Notes under the pieces: model-generated
Told to the model about the DNA's origin: nothing
Database searches by the model: none
What the model saw: the letters and a program-made list of their open reading frames with translations, nothing else
Shown: in pieces, positions 51,057 through 59,193 of the stretch
Layout of the letters: each line of letters starts with the position of its first letter
Numbering within the stretch: the first letter of the stretch is position 1
Assembly (NCBI GenBank): GCA_040007635.1
Contig: JBDTUR010000002.1
Span: 1 to 59,193 of the forward strand
Reading direction: 5' to 3'
From: Chloroflexota bacterium
GTDB taxonomy: Bacteria; Chloroflexota; Limnocylindria; Limnocylindrales; CSP1-4
DNA length: 59,193 nt
Position numbers and translations under genes: made by a program

Positions 51057-54000
51057 TTGCCCGGTCAGGCCATCCCCATTGGCAGCGCTAGGCGCGAGGA
51101 GCACCCGTTGGCCGACGAAGGCCGCAGCCTAGCCATCCCCGCCCCCATCAGGCAGCGGCCCATGCTCGCGCTGGCGGTCGTACTCCTGCTCATCGTCGTT
51201 GTGGTGGGCGCGGGGATCGTGATCTTTGCCAACCCCTTCGGCGCGAAGGCGCCGACCGCGAGCGACCAGACGACCTGGCAGGCAATCACTGGCCAGATCC
51301 GCGACGGCAAGCCCTCCAAGGAAGTCGCGCTCCAGGCGTTCGCCTACGTCTACAAGATCAACATTCCGGGCGTCCAGGTGCCCAATGGCATGGACGGCAG
51401 CGACGTGCCGCAGAGTGGCACCGGCGTCTCGAGCTGGGTGCGTGGGATCTGGGACCAGCTGACGCCAGACCAGCAGGCTGCGATCAACCCATACCTCGAA
51501 CCCGGACCCAACGACACGGTGCTCACCTTTGACCTGACCAAGCCCAGCGGTTCCAGCAGCAGCCAATTCCCCGGCACGCGGGCGTTCGCCGTAAGCGCCG
51601 CCCGGGACCAGATGCCCGCACGCCCGCGTCCCGTGGCCGCTCCCGCAGACGCGCCAAGTGACGCCTTGCAGAAGGCCTTCAACCTCGATCTGCTCGCGGA
51701 CATTGCTCACATCGGTGAGCGACTGGGCTTGCCTCCCATAAGCGATGAGGTGGGCTTCCTTCCCTGGTCGCGCGTCACGCTGGACTTCAGCGAGGAGGAC
51801 GGCGGCAACGCGGCCATGGAGACCTTCGGCATCAACTGGAACGGTATCTACACGCCCTGCAACATCACCATCTACCGCAACACCTGGCAGGGCCAGCAAG
51901 CGAACGGGGAAGCCTTGCCCGACGTGCTGCACGTCCAGCTGACCCATGAGGTAGTCCACTGCTACCAAAGGAGCATCTGGGGCAGCGTCGCCATCGCCAA
52001 CTCCATCCCCGCGTGGATCAAGGAGGGAACTGCGATATGGCTGGCGGCAGATGACACAAAGCTGCTCGAGCCGCTGGTCGCCTCGCAGTGGCGCTACGGC
52101 TACTTCCGCTACCCGGAACGGGCACTCACCAACCGCACCTACGACGCGTACGGCTATTACGCGCTGCTCGACCACCAGGGCCGCGATCTGTGGAGCCTGA
52201 TGGTGCCGGCCTGGCAAGCTGCCAAAGCCGCGGCAGCCACGGTGGGTGAAAACTCATCCGATGCGTTCATCGGCGTGCTGGACGGCGACGGAACCGACGT
52301 TCGCAACGCTTGGGCGCCGTCATACGTGCGCCAAGACGGGTGGGGTGATCCGTGGATCGCCTATGGGTTTGGCCTCCCGGACGACGCCCAGGTCCTCCGC
52401 CGTCCGATCGGGGCCTACCTGGAACCCGGCTACCTGGGGGAGCAGGACGGCAGGTCCAACGCCATCGACGAGGTGCAGGAATCGGCCGGCGAGATCGTGC
52501 TCGTCAACACCAGTGGGATAGCCAGTGCGCGGGACAACGCCGGCCACGGTGCGCTGGCGTTCGAGTCGGCCAAGTTCTGCGTCGAGGGCGACTGCATCTG
52601 TCCCGCCAACACCGCGCGCGCCGGACAGCACATGGCCGACGAGAAGATGACGCTGCCCTTCGTGCTGGCGCTCAACGCACCGTCCGGCGGGGCGAAGTAC
52701 CAGGTGGTCGGGCGCAAGCTCGACGACGAGTGCGGCAAGCAGAAGCCAGACGAGCCGTGGGCGCCGCCGGGCAACCCCGGCGGTCGCGATCCCGTCTGCG
52801 GCGCGGGCTGCGCGGGCAGCAACGGCGACCCGCACATGCGCACCGTGAACAACGTCTATTACGAGTTCCAGGCGGCGGGCGAGTTCACCATGCTCCGCTC
52901 CGTTGACGGCAGCGTGGAGATCCAGGCCCGCCAGGAGCCGTACGAGGATTCCGACCACGTATCGATCAACACCGCCGTGGTCGTGCGCGACAACGGTCAT
53001 AAGGTCGGGGTCTACTTCAACGGTGGCGCGCTCACCGCGCGCCTCGATGGCAGCGTCATCGACGCCAGCGTGCCAATCGATCTGGGCAACGGCGCGCAGA
53101 TTTCGCATCACGAGCGCGGTTTCGAGATCGACTTCCCGGACGGGACTCAGCTCTGGGCGCTACAGGTGGGCTCGTATGGGATCAACGTCCAGGTTCGGCC
53201 GTCAGAGGGTCTGCGCGCGAGCGGTGTGGGACTCCTGGGTCAGGTCGTTCCCGGCGGCCTGCCACTGCCTAAGCTGCCCGACGGTACGCGCCTGCCGCGT
53301 CCCACCGATGAGCACCAGCGCTTCCAGCTGACCTACCAGAACTTCGCCAACGCCTGGCGGGTCACTGCCGCATCAAGCTTGTTTGATTACGACCCGGGCA
53401 ATTCAACGACGACGTACACCAACCAGGCCTTCCCCACCGAAGCGTCCCAGCTCACGCCGGCCCAGTTGACCGACGCGCAACGCAGCCAGGCCGCCGGCGC
53501 ATGCTCCGCTACGACCGACCTTGGCCTGCTCGAGCAGTGCCTGTTCGACGTCTCGGTCACCCGCGATGCTGGATTCGCGACCGTCTACAGCATGGTCGGA
53601 CAGCTGATGGCACTCGGACCGGGCTCGCTCGACCAGCCGATTGGACCAGGCCCGTCACCGTCGCCTGGGCCCACCCCCGGCCAGTCGGGTAGTCCGGGAC
53701 CAACCGGGACGCCGGGTCCGTTGCCGGCGGACGCGGTGCTGACCGGCCTCGACGGCCTCAAGGGCTCCGCCGTGGGTCCTGACGGGACGCTCTACCTGTC
53801 GATCCTCATCTCCTATCAAGACGATACGTACAAGCTCGTCGCCGTTGACCCGGCCACCGGGCAGATCCGCAACGAGATCGACGCGCAGGGCGGCGGGCAG
53901 GTGGCAGTCGCGGCGGGATCGGTCTGGGTGGGTGAGTTCACGGGCCGCGCCGATTGCTCGATCACCCGGCTCGACGCTTCCACCCTCGCCGTGCAGACGA

Positions 54001-54650
54001 CCATCCCCACGCCGTGCGACTTCAACGGCACGACGCTGGCCTCGACCACAGACGCGGTGTGGTTCATCGACAACACGCTCGAGAGCTTCGCGAAAGACGG
54101 CGTGCGCCGAATTGACCCGCAGACGAACACCCCGGGCGACCCGGTGATCCTGCCGTTCTTCAATGGCTCTTTGTACGGGACGAGCACGGGCCTGATCTAC
54201 GGCGCGGGGCTCGACCAGGGCTGGTTCCGGCTGCCGGTCGGCCAGACCCAGCTGCAGCCGCTTGGCGTCCATCGCGCACCCGTCTTTCCCGCGGGTCCCG
54301 GACTGTGGAATCAGAACGAGCAGGTCGCGCAGTTCTTCAACGCCGATGGACCGGCGACGCAGTCAATTCCGATCGATGGGTCGGTCGTTGGCGCCGATGA
54401 CCAGGCGGTCTATGTCGAACAATCTTCGACGCTCGATTCATCCAGCCGGCTGTGGCGCTATCCGCTGGACGGCTCCGACGCGGTCCTCGTCGCTTCAACG
54501 CCGGAACCGTACGGCGACAAGACATTCAGCTACTTCGATAACGACCCGCTGCTGGTGAGCCCGGGCGGCCTGGTCAAGATCTGGCTCAGTCCGGCTACCG
54601 CCACGGCCGTGAGCGCGCTCTTCGCGCAGGCGATCCCAACCTCGCCCTGA
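51057..54650 (+). CDS. Membrane-anchored or secreted protein with a gluzincin-like HExxH domain, a VWD domain and a C-terminal repeat region (about 1160-1197 aa)
   Basis: The TM/signal anchor is MLALAVVLLLIVVVVGAGIVIF, with a possible true start at ATG 51162. LTHEVVHCYQ is followed by IPAWIKEGTAIW. The VWD signature is CAGSNGDPHMRTVNNVYYEFQAAGEFTML. It is paralogous to 42538-45294. Confidence 0.8.
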   Translation: MPGQAIPIGSARREEHPLADEGRSLAIPAPIRQRPMLALAVVLLLIVVVVGAGIVIFANPFGAKAPTASDQTTWQAITGQIRDGKPSKEVALQAFAYVYKINIPGVQVPNGMDGSDVPQSGTGVSSWVRGIWDQLTPDQQAAINPYLEPGPNDTVLTFDLTKPSGSSSSQFPGTRAFAVSAARDQMPARPRPVAAPADAPSDALQKAFNLDLLADIAHIGERLGLPPISDEVGFLPWSRVTLDFSEEDGGNAAMETFGINWNGIYTPCNITIYRNTWQGQQANGEALPDVLHVQLTHEVVHCYQRSIWGSVAIANSIPAWIKEGTAIWLAADDTKLLEPLVASQWRYGYFRYPERALTNRTYDAYGYYALLDHQGRDLWSLMVPAWQAAKAAAATVGENSSDAFIGVLDGDGTDVRNAWAPSYVRQDGWGDPWIAYGFGLPDDAQVLRRPIGAYLEPGYLGEQDGRSNAIDEVQESAGEIVLVNTSGIASARDNAGHGALAFESAKFCVEGDCICPANTARAGQHMADEKMTLPFVLALNAPSGGAKYQVVGRKLDDECGKQKPDEPWAPPGNPGGRDPVCGAGCAGSNGDPHMRTVNNVYYEFQAAGEFTMLRSVDGSVEIQARQEPYEDSDHVSINTAVVVRDNGHKVGVYFNGGALTARLDGSVIDASVPIDLGNGAQISHHERGFEIDFPDGTQLWALQVGSYGINVQVRPSEGLRASGVGLLGQVVPGGLPLPKLPDGTRLPRPTDEHQRFQLTYQNFANAWRVTAASSLFDYDPGNSTTTYTNQAFPTEASQLTPAQLTDAQRSQAAGACSATTDLGLLEQCLFDVSVTRDAGFATVYSMVGQLMALGPGSLDQPIGPGPSPSPGPTPGQSGSPGPTGTPGPLPADAVLTGLDGLKGSAVGPDGTLYLSILISYQDDTYKLVAVDPATGQIRNEIDAQGGGQVAVAAGSVWVGEFTGRADCSITRLDASTLAVQTTIPTPCDFNGTTLASTTDAVWFIDNTLESFAKDGVRRIDPQTNTPGDPVILPFFNGSLYGTSTGLIYGAGLDQGWFRLPVGQTQLQPLGVHRAPVFPAGPGLWNQNEQVAQFFNADGPATQSIPIDGSVVGADDQAVYVEQSSTLDSSSRLWRYPLDGSDAVLVASTPEPYGDKTFSYFDNDPLLVSPGGLVKIWLSPATATAVSALFAQAIPTSP

Positions 54651-54659
54651 CATCGCCGT

Positions 54660-54695
54660 CCCGCCCGCTCCCTGAGAACCCCGATCGCGGGCGGG
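54660..54695 (+). terminator. GC-rich hairpin CCCGCCCGC-N18-GCGGGCGGG, 10 nt after the stop codon; candidate intrinsic terminator without a U-tract
   Basis: A perfect 9-bp stem was read directly. No T-run follows, which is common in high-GC genomes. Confidence 0.4.
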
Positions 54696-54732
54696 TATCG
54701 CCGAGTCCGGCGCGAGCCGCCATAATTGGCAG

Positions 54733-54990
54733 ATGAAGACGCAATCCAAAGCAGGGCGCGAGCGGCGCAAGCGCCAGAACGACGACGTCACGCGGATCCA
54801 GTCGGCGTGGCAGGCCAGCGTGCCCGCGGCACGCGCCAAGGAATTCGAGGCGGCAGTGGCAGAGGCGCGGGCCCGCGGCCCCCTCAAGCCGCCGCCGGAC
54901 CAGGAAAAGGGCACACTGCCCAATCCGCCGCGGCCGGGCCGGGAGCCCAAGCCCAAAAAGGATCCAACCCGCACCAAGAAGCGCTACTAG
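54733..54990 (+). CDS. Small, highly basic hypothetical protein (85 aa)
   Basis: The ORF has an ATG start and a Lys/Arg/Pro-rich composition. I recognise no family. Confidence 0.4.
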   Translation: MKTQSKAGRERRKRQNDDVTRIQSAWQASVPAARAKEFEAAVAEARARGPLKPPPDQEKGTLPNPPRPGREPKPKKDPTRTKKRY

Positions 54991-55000
54991 GTGACGCACA

Positions 55001-55324
55001 GTGCCTAAGCGCAGGAACAATGTCTCGATCAGCAAGGTCGGCCAGAAGCGCCTGCCACCCCAGGTGTCGGAAGACACGATCGAGCGCCCAAACCTCGCCC
55101 GGATCAACCTGTCCGCAACTGCGGGGAAGACTGGCCTGAAGGTGGGCGATCGGGTGCGTATCGGTTCGACCGGCGTCTATTCGGGCCAGATTGGGGTCAT
55201 CGAGCGCCTCAGTAGCGGGGCGATCCCCTCAGCGCTGGTGCGCGTAGATGGCGGCGGCAGCCGCCAGGTCCGAACGATCGACCTGGCAGTGGTGACTGAC
55301 CCGAAGGTGACCGACCCGAACTAG
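55001..55324 (+). CDS. Small hypothetical protein with a KOW-like beta segment
   Basis: GDRVRIGSTGVYSGQIGVIERL...ALVRVDGGGSRQVRTIDL. The start is a GTG. Confidence 0.45.
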   Translation: MPKRRNNVSISKVGQKRLPPQVSEDTIERPNLARINLSATAGKTGLKVGDRVRIGSTGVYSGQIGVIERLSSGAIPSALVRVDGGGSRQVRTIDLAVVTDPKVTDPN

Positions 55325-55489
55325 TCGCTGATCGCCCTGGCGAGGGCGCGCAACATGGTTCCACCTTTTGAGACCATTAGCAGTGTGCCGCACGCTAACG
55401 CCCCCGCAGCGAGGAGGGCTACCGCGGTGGCAGACTGCGGGTGTAGTGTTCGCCCGCGCGCGAGGGTTTTGAGCGCGACGGAGGGGGAT

Positions 55490-57898
55490 ATGCGGCTTCT
55501 GCCTGGCGTTCGGGGATTGGGGGCGTTCGTCGCTGCCTGCCTCGTAGCCACGCTCGCTCCCTATGTCGCCCTCGCGAACGCGCCTGGCGCACCGCACCTC
55601 TGGTCCCAAGACGCGCCCTTCACGCGCAACCAGAGCGTCTCGATCGACTTTATCCAGCCAACTGGCGACGCGATCGAGACCTACCTGCTGAACAACGACA
55701 GCGGCGAGCTCGACGACACCACGAGCCAGATCGCGGGCGCCACGACCGTGTCGAGCCACGTTCAATGGACGCTGCCCGACAGTGACGGTCCGCACACCGT
55801 TTACGGCCAAGTCAAATACACGAGCTTCGGCTGGACAGCGCCTTTCCATTTGGACTTCAACCTCGATCGCGACACGGTCGGCGCGCTGTACGTGGACTTC
55901 GATGTCGTCAATGCCGGCGGCCAGGACGGTCATGCCCTTTCGAGCTCGTCGGCCGCCACTTTCACGGCATGGAAGACGCCCGTGGATCAAAGCCCAGCCA
56001 CGGGCTTCCAGGTCTCGGATGGAACCTGGATCGTGGGCTTCTACAACGGGGCCACGGACTTCTCGCCCGGCCCGTACACGATCGGCCCCACCATCAGCGC
56101 CACGATCATGCATGCGCCGCTGCACACGACCTGCACGGTTACGGGGGGCAGTTTCACCATCAACCAGGTAGCCCTCTATAACCAGGAGCAGGACGTCGAT
56201 ACGGCGGATGTCGATTTCCGGCTGCTGTGCGGCACCAATGTGATGGCTGGCTCCGTGCGCTACGGGTCGGCCGACGCGATTACCGCACTTGACCAGGACG
56301 TCAATTCGCTCTCCTTTGGCCAGGCGCACATCGGCGTGCCGGCGGCGACACAGACGGCCACAGTCACCAACCTCGGCAGCTCGGCCACGACTCTTGGCAA
56401 TGCCGCAATCTCGGGCACTGATTCGGCCGACTTCAGCCTGGGCTCCGACTCCTGCTCGGGTGCCAGCCTAGGGTCGGCTACCAGTCTTCTGCCGGCTGAC
56501 CACTGCCAGATGGGAGTCGTCTTTACCCCATCGGCGCGCGGCGTTCGCACCGCGGTCCTGACCCTTCCCGATGGCACGGCGCGCGGCGCGCGAACGTTCC
56601 GCTTGTCGGGTACGGGCGACCAGCCGACCACGACCGTGATCGAAATCCCCAATCTGACTGACACAGGGCAGCAGACGCTCGACGTGCTCGTGACGATCAC
56701 GCCACCGGCACCAGGCAGTCCCACTCTTAAAGTTGACGACTCGCAGAAGTTTGGGCCGGACAAGCAGACCCTCGCCGAGCCCGCGCGCGATGTCTATACG
56801 TTCCACAACATCACACTGACCCCGGGCAACCGCAGCGTCACCGCGAGCTATGGCGGCCAGGACTACTACCTAGCTTCAACCGCCGACCCGTGGAACTTCA
56901 CCATCGGCAACAACGGCGACACGACGCCACCGGTCGGCAACATCGTCATCGTGAGCACCCAGGCTCAAACGGGCTACACGAACGACCCATACCTCGTGAT
57001 CCAGTACCCCGCTACGGACGACAAGAGTGCCGTCGCGGAGGTCGGCATCCGCTGGACGACACCGACCGACACCAGCGGATGGATCTACGTCCCCTACACC
57101 GCCGACCTCGATTCGAAGATGCTCCAAACCGATGTCCCGACGACGCTCGAGGTGAAGTGGCGTGACACCATGGGCAACTGGTCGGACGTCCAGTCAGCGG
57201 TGATCACTGTCGATCAGACGGCACCCACAGTGGACCAGCCCACGCAGGTCTTGGTTGCGGGCACGACTGTCAGCGGTGGCAAAGTCTCCGTGAACGTGCC
57301 CTGGTCGGGCGACGACGCACTGTCGGGTATCGCCGACTACACGCTCAACGAGAAGGTCGACGCGAAGGCGTGGAAGGACGTGCCTGTCGCTGCGCCGACG
57401 GTGAACGCGCTGCAGGACAACGCGTCCGTAGATCTGGCGCTGACCCCTGGCCATGCCTACACGTTCCGGGTCAAGGCAGACGATAACGCCACCAATGCGT
57501 GCAACTGGGTCGTCGGTCCGCGGCTATCGCTCAAGACGTACCAAGAGGCGAATTGGGCCGTCACCTACAAGGGCAAGTGGATCAAGAAGACGGGGCAGTC
57601 CTTCTGGGGCGGTGCCACCAAGGCGTCAGTCAAGTCGGGCGCAACTGCGTCGGTAACTTTCACAGGACGGTCGTTCGGTTGGGTGACGATGTACGGCCCG
57701 GATCGCGGCAAGGCCGAGGTTTACGTGAACGGCGTCCTCGCGGCAACGGTCGATCTGTACTCACCAACGGCCACGAGCAAGGTAGTGGCCTGGGCCGGCA
57801 GCTGGGACACGGCGTCGGCGCGGACAGTCACGATCAAGGTCCTGGGCACGTCGGGCAGACCGCGCGTCGATCTCGACGCGTTCCTGATCATCAAGTAG
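55490..57898 (+). CDS. Secreted multi-domain surface protein (Ig-like / choice-of-anchor-D-like repeats, C-terminal beta-sandwich domain)
   Basis: GGAGGGGG precedes the ATG at 55490. The signal peptide reads MRLLPGVRGLGAFVAACLVATLAPYVALANA. LSFGQAHIGVPAATQTATVTNLGSSATTLGNAAISGTDSADFSL...CQMGVVFTP is typical of HYDIN/choice-of-anchor-D domains. Confidence 0.75.
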   Translation: MRLLPGVRGLGAFVAACLVATLAPYVALANAPGAPHLWSQDAPFTRNQSVSIDFIQPTGDAIETYLLNNDSGELDDTTSQIAGATTVSSHVQWTLPDSDGPHTVYGQVKYTSFGWTAPFHLDFNLDRDTVGALYVDFDVVNAGGQDGHALSSSSAATFTAWKTPVDQSPATGFQVSDGTWIVGFYNGATDFSPGPYTIGPTISATIMHAPLHTTCTVTGGSFTINQVALYNQEQDVDTADVDFRLLCGTNVMAGSVRYGSADAITALDQDVNSLSFGQAHIGVPAATQTATVTNLGSSATTLGNAAISGTDSADFSLGSDSCSGASLGSATSLLPADHCQMGVVFTPSARGVRTAVLTLPDGTARGARTFRLSGTGDQPTTTVIEIPNLTDTGQQTLDVLVTITPPAPGSPTLKVDDSQKFGPDKQTLAEPARDVYTFHNITLTPGNRSVTASYGGQDYYLASTADPWNFTIGNNGDTTPPVGNIVIVSTQAQTGYTNDPYLVIQYPATDDKSAVAEVGIRWTTPTDTSGWIYVPYTADLDSKMLQTDVPTTLEVKWRDTMGNWSDVQSAVITVDQTAPTVDQPTQVLVAGTTVSGGKVSVNVPWSGDDALSGIADYTLNEKVDAKAWKDVPVAAPTVNALQDNASVDLALTPGHAYTFRVKADDNATNACNWVVGPRLSLKTYQEANWAVTYKGKWIKKTGQSFWGGATKASVKSGATASVTFTGRSFGWVTMYGPDRGKAEVYVNGVLAATVDLYSPTATSKVVAWAGSWDTASARTVTIKVLGTSGRPRVDLDAFLIIK

Positions 57899-58787
57899 TC
57901 GCGGCCGGGTTGGCGCGGCGGCGCGGCCAGATAGCGACGGCGAGGCCCGCGAGGATGATGAGTCCCGCGGCCAACTCGATCAGCGTGAACCGCTCGCCTA
58001 GGAGCAGCGCGGCGCTGCTGATCCCCGCGAACGGCACGAGCAGCGCGAACGGGGTGACCGCCGCGGCCGTGTAGCGGCGCAGCATCTGGTTCCACGTCGC
58101 GAAACCCCACAGGGTGGCCCCGATCACGATGAAGGCGATGCTCGCCCACGCCAACCAGCCGGCAGTGGCCAGTTTGCCCAGCGGCGCGAGGCCGCCCTCG
58201 AGGAAGTAGGACATCAGCGCCAGCGGGATTGGTGACGCGAGACTCGACCACACCACCAGCGAGAAGCCGTCGACGTGGTAGGTCCGGCCAACGTGGCGGG
58301 CGATGATGTTGGCGACGCCCCAGAGTCCGGCCGCCACGACCACGATCAACAGCGGCAACAAGGGCGCAGAAGCTCCCTTCCCGAGCCGCTCCCAGATCAA
58401 CAACGCGATGCCCACGCCGCCCAGCCCAGCGCCGACGACCTGCGCCATCCCCGACCTATCGCCCAGGAACCACGCCGCGAGCCCAATGGTGAAAAACACC
58501 TGGAGCTGCGTCAGCAGCGACGTCAGCCCGGTGCTCATTCCCAGGCTTATCGCGAGGAAGAGGAGGCCGAATTGGCCGACTCCGATGAACAGCCCGTAGG
58601 CCACCACCAGGCGCACTGGAGCCGCGGGCCGACGGACGAAGAAGACCATGGGGACGCTCGCCAGGAAGAAGCGCGTCGCGGCCAGCGCGAACGGCGGCAC
58701 GGCGTCGAGCGCCCAGCGGATGGGGACGAAGTTGAAGCCCCAGATTGCCGCGACGGCGACGAGCAGAACTACGTCGCGCGGCCGCAC
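57891..58787 (-). CDS. EamA-family (DMT superfamily) transporter
   Basis: The protein is about 10 hydrophobic helices. The N-terminus LLVAVAAIWGFNFVPIRWAL is a typical EamA signature, and the two halves look duplicated. Confidence 0.85.
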   Translation of the reverse strand: MRPRDVVLLVAVAAIWGFNFVPIRWALDAVPPFALAATRFFLASVPMVFFVRRPAAPVRLVVAYGLFIGVGQFGLLFLAISLGMSTGLTSLLTQLQVFFTIGLAAWFLGDRSGMAQVVGAGLGGVGIALLIWERLGKGASAPLLPLLIVVVAAGLWGVANIIARHVGRTYHVDGFSLVVWSSLASPIPLALMSYFLEGGLAPLGKLATAGWLAWASIAFIVIGATLWGFATWNQMLRRYTAAAVTPFALLVPFAGISSAALLLGERFTLIELAAGLIILAGLAVAIWPRRRANPAATT

Positions 58788-58885
58788 CGCGGAAGGCTAC
58801 GACACTTTCCGGGGCACCCTGCCACGCCAGGTGCATGTGCCGAGCCGACTAGTTATGCGCCAACATGGCTTGTCATGCAGCCGGC

Positions 58886-58930
58886 CACATATTCAGTCGG
58901 ATCGGCACATATTCAGTCGGATCGGCACAT
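58886..58930. repeat. Tandem direct repeat of a 20-nt unit CACATATTCAGTCGGATCGG, 2.25 copies
   Basis: The copies are perfect at 58886-58905 and 58906-58925, plus CACAT at 58926-58930. The repeat lies in the intergenic region about 100 nt upstream of the EamA gene start. Confidence 0.9.
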
Positions 58931-58951
58931 CACGCCCGCGTTCGCGACGGA

Positions 58952-59193
58952 CTACTCGCTGAGGGCGGCCTCGGCCTGGACGGACGCGGAACGAGGTGTG
59001 CGGGCGCTGGTCGCCCCAGCGGCGCCGGCGGCAGCAGCCGCCGCCTCAAGCCGATCGAGATATGGCTTGGCGCCCAGCCGCTCCAGGATTTCGCGGGACG
59101 CCCCGATAGCCGCGGCCACTTCCGGCTCGGAAGGGTCGAGCAGCAGCGCCATGTCGACGCCGGTCAAGGCCTCATCGAGGACCGAGTGGCTTG
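58952..59193 (-). CDS. 3' end of an unidentified gene whose start lies beyond the right window edge
   Basis: The frame is open to the window end. The codon at 59167 is an internal TTG, and the upstream reading is SHSVLDEA. The Ala-rich C-terminus ...ILERLGAKPYLDRLEAAAAA has no assignable function. Confidence 0.5.
   Translation of the reverse strand, partial: SHSVLDEALTGVDMALLLDPSEPEVAAAIGASREILERLGAKPYLDRLEAAAAAAGAAGATSARTPRSASVQAEAALSE

Noticed and set aside
1-59193. Search for CRISPR arrays, tRNA/rRNA genes, integrases, transposases, and attL/attR-type long direct repeats bounding the island
   Set aside because: None was found by eye. The only repeats seen are the short ones reported (helicase fossil, zinc-ribbon ORF pair, 22-nt motif, 20-nt tandem). 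A computational scan could still find elements I missed.

Overview
This high-GC bacterial window has GGAGG-type ribosome-binding sites and many ATGA/GTGA/TTGA/TGATG start-stop overlaps. The taxon cannot be fixed from the sequence alone. It reads as a mosaic defence and toxin-antitoxin island with no integrase, transposase, tRNA, rRNA or CRISPR array that I could find.

Core content, left to right:
- The 3' part of a RecB-like nuclease/SF1 helicase.
- A VapBC pair.
- A Phd-UPF0175/PIN pair translationally coupled to a UvrD-HRDC helicase.
- A split transketolase.
- A four-gene coupled operon at 7833-16100: DUF2075-type nuclease/P-loop protein, a 414-aa unknown, a PLD-family protein and an SF2 helicase.
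- Facing that operon, a complete class 1 DISARM locus (drmD-drmMI-drmA-drmB-drmC, 16162-29437). Its methyltransferase is split by a 1-nt frameshift.
- Directly upstream of DISARM and co-directional with it, a SpoT-type HD hydrolase fused to DUF429, coupled to a UvrD/Cas4-like helicase-nuclease (29633-34578). I consider this pair the best candidate for an undescribed system, with the four-gene operon second.

The right half holds an AbiE pair, seven more type II TA modules, and several decayed genes (a NERD-helicase with an in-frame TAG, plus ADP-ribosylglycohydrolase-like and amidohydrolase-like remnants). It also holds a duplicated small zinc-ribbon ORF, a MerR-vWA pair, two large paralogous secreted HExxH/VWD-domain proteins, an Ig-like surface protein and an EamA transporter.

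All calls rest on reading the ORF translations and the nucleotide sequence by eye. No database search was run.
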